56,717 nucleotides of DNA from Acidobacteriota bacterium (lineage in GTDB: Bacteria > Acidobacteriota > Vicinamibacteria > Vicinamibacterales > UBA2999), in NCBI GenBank assembly GCA_022842985.1, contig JALHON010000001.1:1-56717 (forward strand), read 5' to 3'. Numbering within the stretch: position 1 is the first letter of the stretch; every line of letters starts with the position of its first letter. The notes under the pieces are model-generated. The model had not been told where the DNA came from and ran no database searches. It was given only the letters and a program-made list of their open reading frames with translations. The position numbers were made by a program, and so were the translations under genes. Positions 17,355 through 25,369 of this stretch are shown here, one piece after another.

Positions 17355-17385
17355 GCGGCCGCGGGAGGTTCAGCCTCCCGGCCGC
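17355..17385 (-). terminator. GC-rich hairpin directly after the stop of the frameshifted gene (no U-tract)
   Basis: GCGGCC(GC)GGGAGG-TTCAG-CCTCCCGGCCGC: 12 bp with a 2-nt bulge, starting 1 nt after the stop codon at 17386-17388. Confidence 0.3.
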
Positions 17386-18196
17386 TCAGCAGCCCTTCGT
17401 ATACACCGTGCTGAAGCGCGGCGTGCCGTCGCGGTCGAAGAACGCCGATGCCGGCGCCGTCCAGACCATCGGTGCCGGAGAAGGGTCGGCGACGTCGTCG
17501 CCACACGGCATGTCCGAGGGAATCTCCGCACGGAACACGACATCGCTGCCGCGAGTGTCGACGACGGTGTATTGGCCGCTGAGCGTACGCGCCTGTCCAC
17601 CGTTCGCGGGGCGGGCTCGCAGGGCCCGGAGGTGCACGACATGCCGCTCCATGCGCTCCGCGTGGACCCAGAAGCCGTCGCCCGTCATCGGGACCCAGAC
17701 CGCGCGGAGCGGCGGCGGCCCGAGCAGGCGGACCCACTCACCCTGCGGTACGCCCCAGCCATCGATGTGATAGCCGTATCCCCCCCCCAGTCGCCGAGGT
17801 TGGCGATCCACGGGTGATAGATGCCCGGCCGTTCGGCCCATTCGATGTCCACGCCGAGACCGAATTGCTCCATGTCGCCGCCACTGAAGACGACGGGTCG
17901 CAGCACGAGGTAGCCAACGGGCGCCCCGGCGCGTGGCGCCGCAAACAGTGCGACAGGCGCTCGCGCACGACCCGGAGATTGGCCGACAGGCACGTGGCAC
18001 TTCGGAGCTGGTAGCCGCTGGAGCACAGCGCCTTGAGGCGTCGTTGCTCGTCCGTGATGGCAGCGCCGATGCGGCGCTCTTCGAAACTGAGCGAGACAAC
18101 CGTCATGCGGTCCGCGGCGTCGTGAGGTTGTGCCGCCCTTGCCGCCGGGAACGCGGCTCCCACTGTCACCGTGAGGAGGACGACAAGGCGCGTCAC
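17386..18196 (-). pseudogene. secreted hypothetical protein gene interrupted by two -1 frame changes
   Basis: Signal peptide plus the N-terminal part are read in the frame of ORF 17738..19201 (VTRLVVLLTVTVGAAFPAARAAQP...). The middle is in the frame of ORF 17685..18026 (...GYLVLRPVVFSGGDMEQFGLGVDIEWAERPGIYHPWIANLGDWGG). The C-terminal part is in the frame of ORF 17386..18099 (GYGYHIDGWGVPQGEW...STVYTKGC*). Each junction behaves like a missing nucleotide. Confidence 0.6.
17780..17788. repeat. C9 (G9 on the coding strand) homopolymer at the second frame change
   Basis: Read directly as gtatCCCCCCCCCagtc. Adding one G on the coding strand would join ...NLGDWGG to GYGYHIDGWG... in frame. Confidence 0.95.
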
Positions 18197-18210
18197 GCAG
18201 GCCAGGCTCC

Positions 18211-20703
18211 CTACTGCTGCCGGCCCGACGTGACCGGCGTGCCCGGCGAGAGCGTGGTCGTCGACTCCGCCACCGATTCCACCTTGCCGCGCGAGTAGGC
18301 CACCGGGAAGTAGCGGCCGCGCGCCCAGAGTTCGAAGAGGTCGCGGTAGTGCGGACTGTCGGGATCGCCCGACTGGCCCGGCGTGTTCAGGCCCACGCTG
18401 TTGTCCCAGTTCTCGGTGTCGGCCACGATCTTGAGCGAACCGCCGCCTGTCTGGTTGTCCTGCCCGCCGGTCGCGCTCACCGTCGTGCCGTCGCCGCCGC
18501 GCGGGAACGGGCCCACCTCGAGCTTCTTCTTCATCTCGGCGTTCACCGCGTTCGAGAGCGGATGCCGGATGAGCGCATGGTGCAGCTTCTCGTCGCCCCA
18601 CTTCCAGGCCGCCATATCGGGCCCGAAGCGCGCCGTCACATCCGCCACGCCCTGTTCGAAGGCGGTGGTCACCATGGCATCGCGACCCTTCGTGGGCTCG
18701 GCGCCGAAACGGCTGTCGGGCGCCCAGAGGAAGTCGATGACGCGCTTGGTGCTGATGAGACCGGCCGGCACCGAGGCGCGCGCGGCGGCGGGAATCGAGG
18801 CCTCGCGGACGGCCGTGAAGAGGCGGCGCGAGAAGAGTTCGTAGACGGCCGCGGCGGCGGAGTTCTTGTCGAGCACGAAGTCCCAGCTGGTGACGGCATC
18901 GCGGGCCTTCGCCACAGCGGGATTCGTGAACGTCAGGTCGCGCAGCAGCGGCACGACCGCCCGGGCCGCGATCGACAGGTCGTCGTTCTGCAGCCGCGTC
19001 ATCTCGGCCACGCTGAAGCGGCGGCCCGAGCCGAGCACTTCCTCGATGCGGTGCGCGCGGTAGGGATCGGCCCACGTGTAGTGACGCGCGTTCGGGTACG
19101 CGTAGTCGTTCGGGTAGAGGTAGTGATTCGCGGTGGCGACGAAGCCGCGCGCCGGGTTCACTTCGTTCGGCAGCGCGTTGATCGGCAGGTAGCCGTCCCA
19201 CTCGTAGCGGCCATCACCCGGCACGGGCAGCAGGCCGCTCCACGAGCGCAGCGGCGTGATGCCGGCCGCCTGCCAGCCGATGGTGCCGGTCTTGTCGACC
19301 CACACCATGTTCTCCGACGGCATGCGGTTGTATGTGCAGGCCTCGACGAACTCGGCCCACGTCTTCGCCTGATTCATGCGCAGGCTCGAGAGATACGGCG
19401 CGCCGCCCTGCTCCATCCAGCCGGCCCTGAGCGCGTAGGCGCGGCGGTTGGCCGTGTCTTCGTGCAGCACCGGGCCGTGCTTCGTGAACTTGAGCGTGGC
19501 GGTCACGGCCGCCTGGCCCTTCACCGGAATCGATTCGGTGACGACACGCATCGCTTCCCAGCGGCCCTGGTAGCGATACTCGTTCGGGTTCGCGGGGTTC
19601 GTCTCGTAAACGTAGAGGTCTTCCGCGTCGGTGCCGAAGATCGTGAGGCCCCAGGCGCCGTATTCGTTGTGGCCGATCGACACGCCCGGCAGCACCGGCT
19701 CGCCGCCGCCGATGACGTTCCAGCCCGGCGCGACGAGGTGCACCCAGTAGCGCAGCGACGGCGCTTCGATGACGCGGTGCGGATCGTTGGCGAGGATCGG
19801 CATCGAACTCTGTGTCTTCGCGCCGCTCACCACCCAGTTGTTCGAGCCGATGTCGGTATCCACGATCCGGCTGCCGTCGAGCGAACGCGTGAGCGCGAGC
19901 CGTGAGCCGTCGCCGCCCGGCGCCTCAGCGTCGAGCGCCGCGCGGGCCTCGCCGCGGTACGCGGGCACGATGTCGCCGGGCTCGAAGCGGATGGTGTCGC
20001 GGAAGGCCGTGTAGGTCTTGAGCACGTCGGCCGGGAAGGTCTTCGGATCGATGAGCGGATCGAGCGTGAGCGGCGGGTCGCCGCCCTGCAGCCACAGCAG
20101 GTCCTTCAGGCGATCGGCGCCGAGGGCCGCCAGCGCGCGCACGTGCGTGGCTTCGTTCTCGACGTTCGACGTGAGCGCCTGGTGGCGCGAGATGACCACC
20201 TCGGGCGTCCACTTGCCGGGCGTGATGCCGAGCATGCGGAACTCGATCGGCAGCGTGGCCGGCGTGCGCATCGCCTCGTCGACCAACGCATTCACGCCGC
20301 GCACGTAGGCCTCGACGATCGTCTTGCCGCGCGGATGGTAATGGTTGAGCTCGGCGTCGAGGTTGCCGCGGAACTTGTGGAGGCGTGTGCCGATGTCGCG
20401 CGTGAGCTCGCGCGGTCCCAGGATTTCGGCCACCGTGCCGGTGGCGCGCCGCCGCCAGATTTCGAACTGGAAGAGGCGATCCTTTGCCGCCAGATACCCC
20501 TGCGCCATGAACAGGTCTTCCTCGTTCTGCGCGTAGATGTGGTTGATGCCCCAGCGGTCGCGGATGACCTCGACCGGCTGGCGCAGGCCTGGCACGGCCA
20601 GTGCCGCGCGGGCGCCCTGCGGCGGCGTCTGTGCGGGCGCCGCGGGCGGCGTGATGACGAGCGCGGCAACGGCGAGCAGGGCGGCGAGTCCGGTCTTCCG
20701 CAT
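18211..20703 (-). CDS. penicillin acylase family (peptidase S45, Ntn-hydrolase) amidase, secreted
   Basis: The C-terminal 830 codons of ORF 18211..22077 from ATG 20703 (GGAGGACGTC-ATG). Signal peptide MRKTGLAALLAVAALVITPPAAPAQ. Autoprocessing/nucleophile context DIGSNNWVVSGAKT...LANDPH. Confidence 0.88.
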   Translation of the reverse strand: MRKTGLAALLAVAALVITPPAAPAQTPPQGARAALAVPGLRQPVEVIRDRWGINHIYAQNEEDLFMAQGYLAAKDRLFQFEIWRRRATGTVAEILGPRELTRDIGTRLHKFRGNLDAELNHYHPRGKTIVEAYVRGVNALVDEAMRTPATLPIEFRMLGITPGKWTPEVVISRHQALTSNVENEATHVRALAALGADRLKDLLWLQGGDPPLTLDPLIDPKTFPADVLKTYTAFRDTIRFEPGDIVPAYRGEARAALDAEAPGGDGSRLALTRSLDGSRIVDTDIGSNNWVVSGAKTQSSMPILANDPHRVIEAPSLRYWVHLVAPGWNVIGGGEPVLPGVSIGHNEYGAWGLTIFGTDAEDLYVYETNPANPNEYRYQGRWEAMRVVTESIPVKGQAAVTATLKFTKHGPVLHEDTANRRAYALRAGWMEQGGAPYLSSLRMNQAKTWAEFVEACTYNRMPSENMVWVDKTGTIGWQAAGITPLRSWSGLLPVPGDGRYEWDGYLPINALPNEVNPARGFVATANHYLYPNDYAYPNARHYTWADPYRAHRIEEVLGSGRRFSVAEMTRLQNDDLSIAARAVVPLLRDLTFTNPAVAKARDAVTSWDFVLDKNSAAAAVYELFSRRLFTAVREASIPAAARASVPAGLISTKRVIDFLWAPDSRFGAEPTKGRDAMVTTAFEQGVADVTARFGPDMAAWKWGDEKLHHALIRHPLSNAVNAEMKKKLEVGPFPRGGDGTTVSATGGQDNQTGGGSLKIVADTENWDNSVGLNTPGQSGDPDSPHYRDLFELWARGRYFPVAYSRGKVESVAESTTTLSPGTPVTSGRQQ

Positions 20704-20753
20704 GACGTCCTCCAGGCGGCGCGCGGTCGTCCGGGACCGTCGGCCGGGCGCAG

Positions 20754-20759
20754 TATACT
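20754..20759 (+). promoter_or_regulatory. -10-like hexamer TATACT, 7 nt upstream of ATG 20767 (candidate leaderless promoter)
   Basis: An AT-rich hexamer in the 63-nt divergent intergenic region. No SD lies between it and the ATG. Confidence 0.35.
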
Positions 20760-20766
20760 GCTCAAA

Positions 20767-22221
20767 ATGCGCTTTGCCCCCGAGTACGTCACCCACGTAC
20801 TCACTGACAACTTCGAGGACGCCAAGACCCACCTGCTGGCGCCTCTCATGGACATCCACTACGCGCACCTGGTGATGCTCACCGAGTGCCACATCGTGTC
20901 GAAGGGCGACGCGCGCGTGCTGCGCGCGGCGCTCGACGGCATTTCCACCGCCGAGGTCGTGAAGGTGCCCTTCGACGGCACCTACGAGGACCTGTTCTTC
21001 TACCTCGAACACCTGATTGCCGAAGCCGCCGGGGAGCAGGTGGCCGGACGCCTGCACACCGCCCGCAGCCGCAACGACATCGCGATGACCACCTATCGCA
21101 TGTGGCAGCGCGAGAGCATCGCCGCGCTCGGGCACGGCATCCTGCGGCTGCGCTCGGCGCTCCTCGGCCTGGCCGCGCAACACATCCACACGATCTACGG
21201 CGCGCACACGCACACGCAGCCGGCCCAGGTGATGACGGTGGCGCACTACCTGCTCGCCGTCATCGAGCAGCTGGAACGTGACAGCAAGCGGCTCGAGGCG
21301 GCCTACCGCTCGACCAACGTGAACCCGCTCGGCGCCTGCGCCATCACCGGCACCGGCTTTCCGATCGACCGCCAGCGCACGAGCGCGCTGCTCGGCTTCG
21401 ATGCGCCCACCGGCAACACCTACGGCAGCATCGCCACGTTCGACTACGCGCTTGAAGGTGCCTCGGCCACGGCCGTCGCCATCGTCGGCCTGGGCCGCGT
21501 GGTGCAGGACCTGCTGCTCTGGGGCATGATGGAATTCGGCTACCTGCGGCTCGCCGACGGCTTCGTGCAGTCGAGCAGCATCATGCCGCAGAAGCGCAAC
21601 CCGGTCGCGCTCGAACACGCGCGCGGCATCGGCAGCCAGGCGGTGGGGCAGGCGCAGGCGATCATCACCGCGGTGCACAACACGCCCTTCGGCGACATCA
21701 ACGACACCGAAGACGACCTGCAGCCGCTCATCGCGTCGATGTACCGCGATGCCCTGCGCATGGTGTCGATCGTCGGCGCCGCGCTCAAGGACGCGCAGTT
21801 CAACATCGAGCGCATGGAGGCCCGCGCCGGCGAAGGCGGCACGACCATCACCGAGCTGGCCGACACGCTGGCGCGCGATCATGGGCTGCCGTTCGGCACC
21901 GCGCACAAGATCGCCGGCAAGGTCATCCGCGGCAAGAACGACCAGCCGTCGGCGTTGATGTCCGACCTGCTCGTGAAGGCGTCCACCGAGGTGCTCGGCG
22001 CGCCCATCAGCTACGACGAGGCCGCGATCGAGAAGGTGCTGAGCCCGCGCCACTTCGTCGAGATCCGGAAGACGCACGGCGGCCCGGCGCCGGAACGCAC
22101 GACCGAAGCCATCGCCCAGTCGCGCGCGGCACTCGCCGCCGATGAAGCGTGGTGGAAGGGCCGCAAGGACGCGCTGGCCCAGTCGGCGACGCAGCTGCGC
22201 GCCGCGGTGAAGGCGCTGTGA
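20767..22221 (+). CDS. argininosuccinate lyase family (fumarate-lyase superfamily) enzyme
   Basis: In the frame of ORF 20143..22221 from ATG 20767. TARSRNDI, HTHTQPAQ and the signature loop SSIMPQKRNP. It lacks the usual ArgH N-terminal LWGGRF segment. Confidence 0.8.
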   Translation: MRFAPEYVTHVLTDNFEDAKTHLLAPLMDIHYAHLVMLTECHIVSKGDARVLRAALDGISTAEVVKVPFDGTYEDLFFYLEHLIAEAAGEQVAGRLHTARSRNDIAMTTYRMWQRESIAALGHGILRLRSALLGLAAQHIHTIYGAHTHTQPAQVMTVAHYLLAVIEQLERDSKRLEAAYRSTNVNPLGACAITGTGFPIDRQRTSALLGFDAPTGNTYGSIATFDYALEGASATAVAIVGLGRVVQDLLLWGMMEFGYLRLADGFVQSSSIMPQKRNPVALEHARGIGSQAVGQAQAIITAVHNTPFGDINDTEDDLQPLIASMYRDALRMVSIVGAALKDAQFNIERMEARAGEGGTTITELADTLARDHGLPFGTAHKIAGKVIRGKNDQPSALMSDLLVKASTEVLGAPISYDEAAIEKVLSPRHFVEIRKTHGGPAPERTTEAIAQSRAALAADEAWWKGRKDALAQSATQLRAAVKAL

Positions 22222-22226
22222 CCGCG

Positions 22227-22313
22227 ATGCAGCAGCAGTACGTGCGTGTGGCCGCGTCGTGGGTGGCCGTGCTCGTCGCGCTCTACGCCCTCCAGGAGTT
22301 CTTTACGCCGTGA
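22227..22313 (+). CDS. possible 28-aa single-TM peptide upstream of the SSS transporter
   Basis: Not in the ORF track because it is too short. ATG 22227 gives MQQQYVRVAASWVAVLVALYALQEFFTP*. 26 of 28 codons end in G/C. It starts 6 nt after the lyase stop. Confidence 0.35.
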   Translation: MQQQYVRVAASWVAVLVALYALQEFFTP

Positions 22314-22320
22314 CGCCGTC

Positions 22321-22349
22321 ACGCCCCAGCCCCCGGCCCCCAGCCCCCA
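22321..22349. repeat. tandem C-rich heptamers (C4-AG-C5-GG-C5-AG-C5)
   Basis: Read directly as acgCCCCagCCCCCggCCCCCagCCCCCag. It ends 11 nt before the SSS transporter ATG at 22360. Confidence 0.9.
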
Positions 22350-22359
22350 GGGCGTAGTC

Positions 22360-24063
22360 ATGCATCCCATCGACTGGCTCATCATCGGCGCCTATCTGGC
22401 CTGGATCGCCTGGGACGGCCTGCGCCTGTCGAAGAAGACCGAGGGGCTCGAGGGGTATCTGCTGGCCGGGCGCAGCCTGCCGTGGTGGGCCGTGGGCCTG
22501 TCGGTAATGGCGACACAGCTCTCGGCCATCACGATGATCGGCACGACCGGCCAGGGCTACGCGGAGGGCATGAAGTTCCTCCAGTTCTACTTCGCGCTAC
22601 CCATCGCGATGATCGTGCTCTCGGTCACGCTCGTGCCGTTCTTCCACAACGCGCGTGTCTACACGGCCTACGAGTATCTCGAGCGCCGCTTCGACGCCAA
22701 GACGCGCACGCTCACCTCGTTCCTGTTCCTCGTCTCGCGCGCGATGGCCACGGGCGTGGTCATCTCCGCGCCGGCCGTCGTGCTGTCGGTGATGCTCGGG
22801 CTGAGCGTCACGAGCACCTGTCTGCTGCTGGCGTTGCCCACGGCGTTCTACACCATGTTCGGTGGCGTGCAGGCCGTGGCGTGGACCGACGTGAAGCAGA
22901 TGGTGCTCATCGTGGGCGGCCTGCTGGCGGCGGTGGTGATGCTCGTGATGGGGCTGCCCGACGGCGTCGGCCTGGGTGATGCGCTGTCGCTCGCCGGCAC
23001 GACCGGCCGCATGCAGACGTTCGACTTCCGCTTCGACCTGACCGATCGCTATACCTTCTGGTCGGGCACCATCGCGGCCTTCTTCCTGTTCTGCTCCTAC
23101 TTCGGCACCGACCAGAGCCAGGTGCAGCGCTACCTCACGGCCAAGTCGGTGGATGAAGCGCGCACGTCGCTGCTCATGAGTGCCTACTGGAAGATTCCGC
23201 TCCAGGCGCTCGTGCTCATCGTCGGCATCCTGATGTTCGTGTTCTATATCTTCACGCCGCCGCCGATGCTCTTCAACGCATCGCACGAGGCGCAGGTGAA
23301 GGCGAGCCCGCGGGCGGCCGACTACGCGGCCACCGAGCAACGGTTCACTGCCGCCTTCGAGCAGCAACGCGAAGCCGCCGCCAACCTCACGCGCGTGCAG
23401 AAGGCGAATGATGCGGCGGGTGTCGCCGAGTACTCCGCGGCGTTCAATGCTGCCGCCGCCGACGTGAAGGCGGCACGCGCCGACGCCGTGAGCATCGTGA
23501 AGTCGGTGTCAGGCGACGGCGCCTACAACGACGTCAACTACGTGTTCCCGACCTTCGTGCTCACGCATCTGCCTGTGGGTCTCGTGGGCCTGCTCATCGC
23601 CGCGATTCTCGCCGCGGCGATGTCGACCATCTCCGCCGAACTGGCCTCGCTCTCGACGGCCACGGTCATCGACTTCTACCGGCGCTGGTGGTCGGCCGAC
23701 GCAAGCGACGCGCAGCTCCTGTGGGTGTCCCGGTCGGCCGTGGGCCTCTGGGGGCTCTTCGCCAGCGTCGTGGCCATCTATGCCGCCGAGCTCGGCTCGC
23801 TCATCGAAGTCGTGAACCGCTTCGGCTCCTACTTCTACGGCTCGATCCTCGGCGTGTTCGTACTGGCGATCGCCTCGAAGCGCGCCAACGGGCACGGCGC
23901 CTTCGTGGGCCTCATCGGCGGCATGCTCGCGGTGGGCTACGTGGCCACGCAGACGAAGGTCGAGTTCCTCTGGCTGAACGTCGTGGGCGCGGTGGCGGTG
24001 TATGTCATCGGCCTCCTGGTGAGCGCGCTCACCGGCGGCAACCCGCGCGCCTCCGAGGCGTAA
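22360..24063 (+). CDS. sodium:solute symporter (SSS) family transporter
   Basis: In the frame of ORF 22246..24063 from ATG 22360. MHPIDWLIIGAYLAWIAWDG N-terminus. About 13 TM helices with a long helical insertion around residues 330-400, as in some SSS members. Confidence 0.85.
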   Translation: MHPIDWLIIGAYLAWIAWDGLRLSKKTEGLEGYLLAGRSLPWWAVGLSVMATQLSAITMIGTTGQGYAEGMKFLQFYFALPIAMIVLSVTLVPFFHNARVYTAYEYLERRFDAKTRTLTSFLFLVSRAMATGVVISAPAVVLSVMLGLSVTSTCLLLALPTAFYTMFGGVQAVAWTDVKQMVLIVGGLLAAVVMLVMGLPDGVGLGDALSLAGTTGRMQTFDFRFDLTDRYTFWSGTIAAFFLFCSYFGTDQSQVQRYLTAKSVDEARTSLLMSAYWKIPLQALVLIVGILMFVFYIFTPPPMLFNASHEAQVKASPRAADYAATEQRFTAAFEQQREAAANLTRVQKANDAAGVAEYSAAFNAAAADVKAARADAVSIVKSVSGDGAYNDVNYVFPTFVLTHLPVGLVGLLIAAILAAAMSTISAELASLSTATVIDFYRRWWSADASDAQLLWVSRSAVGLWGLFASVVAIYAAELGSLIEVVNRFGSYFYGSILGVFVLAIASKRANGHGAFVGLIGGMLAVGYVATQTKVEFLWLNVVGAVAVYVIGLLVSALTGGNPRASEA

Positions 24064-24066
24064 CCT

Positions 24067-24186
24067 ATGGCCAGCCGGCCGCTGCTGCTCGCGCTCATCG
24101 GCCTCATCATTCTGATGGTGGCGTCGTGGGCGCTCGGCGAAGCGCTGCGCCAGCGCAAGACGACGAAGCGGCGACCGAAGCGTTGA
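24067..24186 (+). CDS. possible 39-aa single-TM peptide downstream of the SSS transporter
   Basis: Not in the ORF track. ATG 24067 lies 3 nt after the transporter stop. MASRPLLLALIGLIILMVASWALGEALRQRKTTKRRPKR*. Third-position GC is about 90%. Confidence 0.35.
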   Translation: MASRPLLLALIGLIILMVASWALGEALRQRKTTKRRPKR

Positions 24187-24199
24187 ACTGGAGCTCCCG

Positions 24200-25219
24200 A
24201 TGACCCGCAGGCCCGTGATGCTCGCTGTCCTCATGATGTGCGGTCTCGCCACGCTCACGGCGCAGGCGCCACGCGTGCACGACCTGCCGGTGACGCCGGC
24301 CAACATCCACTGGGGCTTCTACGACGCCAAGGTCCGCCCGGTGCTCACGATCGCCTCGGGCGATCGCGTGAACGTGCAGACGATGATCGCCGGTGGCCTC
24401 GGCCGCCTGCGCCAGCTCGGTGTGCCCGAGGCCGACATCCCGGCGCCGCTCAAGGCGGTGGAGCAGGCCGTGACGGATCGCGGCCCGGGCGCGCATCCGA
24501 TGACGGGCCCGATATTCGTCGAGGGCGCCGAACCTGGCGACACGCTCGAGGTGCGCTTCCTCTCGATCGGCTACCTGCACACGTTCGGCCTGAACGCCTT
24601 CGCGCCAGGTGGCGGCACGATTCCCGACGACTTCCCCTACGCGAAGCTGAAGCTGCTGCGCTGGGCGCCGGGGGCGACGTCGGTCGAGTTCGCGCCGGGC
24701 ATCACGCTGCCGCTCGCGCCGTTCTTCGGCTCCGTCGGCGTGGCGCCGCCGCCGCAGACGGGGCGGCTCTCGAGCCGTCCGCCGGGGTGGCACGGCGGCA
24801 ATCTCGACAACAAGGATCTGGTGGCCGGCTCCACACTCTTCGTGCCCGTGCATGTGCCAGGTGCGCTGCTCTCGATCGGCGACGGCCACGCGCTGCAGGG
24901 GCATGGCGAAGTGAGCGGCACGGCCCTCGAGACCTCGCTCACCGGGCAGATCGAAGTGCGCCTGCACAAGGGCCGGCGGCTCAAGTGGCCGCGCGCCGAA
25001 ACGCCCACGCACTACATCAGCATGGGTCTGCACGAAGACCTCGACGAAGCGAACCGGCTCGCCGTGCGCGAGATGATCGACTTCCTCGTCGAGACGCGGA
25101 AGCTCTCGCGCGACGACGCCTACATGCTCTGCTCGCTCTCGGCCGACCTGCACGTGACGCAGTCGGTCGACGGCGTGAAGGGTGTGCACGCCACGCTCGC
25201 GAAGTCGCTCTTCCGCTGA
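24200..25219 (+). CDS. acetamidase/formamidase family amidohydrolase, secreted
   Basis: ORF 24200..25219. Signal peptide. Core GGNLDNKDLVAGSTLFVPVHVPGALLSIGDGHALQGHGEVSGTALE is typical of the FmdA/AmdA family. Confidence 0.85.
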   Translation: MTRRPVMLAVLMMCGLATLTAQAPRVHDLPVTPANIHWGFYDAKVRPVLTIASGDRVNVQTMIAGGLGRLRQLGVPEADIPAPLKAVEQAVTDRGPGAHPMTGPIFVEGAEPGDTLEVRFLSIGYLHTFGLNAFAPGGGTIPDDFPYAKLKLLRWAPGATSVEFAPGITLPLAPFFGSVGVAPPPQTGRLSSRPPGWHGGNLDNKDLVAGSTLFVPVHVPGALLSIGDGHALQGHGEVSGTALETSLTGQIEVRLHKGRRLKWPRAETPTHYISMGLHEDLDEANRLAVREMIDFLVETRKLSRDDAYMLCSLSADLHVTQSVDGVKGVHATLAKSLFR

Positions 25220-25227
25220 GCCCGGCC
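25205..25227. repeat. 23-bp direct repeat, copy 1 (covers the last 4 codons plus stop of the formamidase gene)
   Basis: TCGCTCTTCCGCTGAGCCCGGCC, identical to 25943..25965. Confidence 0.95.
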
Positions 25228-25369
25228 GGCGGGCGAATCCTGCCACTGCCACGGCGGCCGGGTGCGCAGCTTCTGCGCCCTTCCGGTGCCGTGAAGCCGA
25301 AAAGCGCGCGAATCCGTGCTGGCACGCCACACGCACTGCAGGGCGTGGAGGCGGTGGTAGCATGCCCGC

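Noticed and set aside
20704-22077. N-terminal 458-codon extension of the penicillin-acylase ORF 18211..22077
   Set aside because: A good SD plus ATG and a signal peptide occur at 20703. The extension is antisense to the well-supported ArgH-family gene and has shadow-ORF composition.
25205-25227. The 23-mer as a generic terminator or REP element rather than an insertion scar
   Set aside because: Only two copies are visible in 56 kb. The 23-mer has no internal dyad symmetry, and both copies are in frame at the 3' ends of genes. A genome-wide search is still needed.
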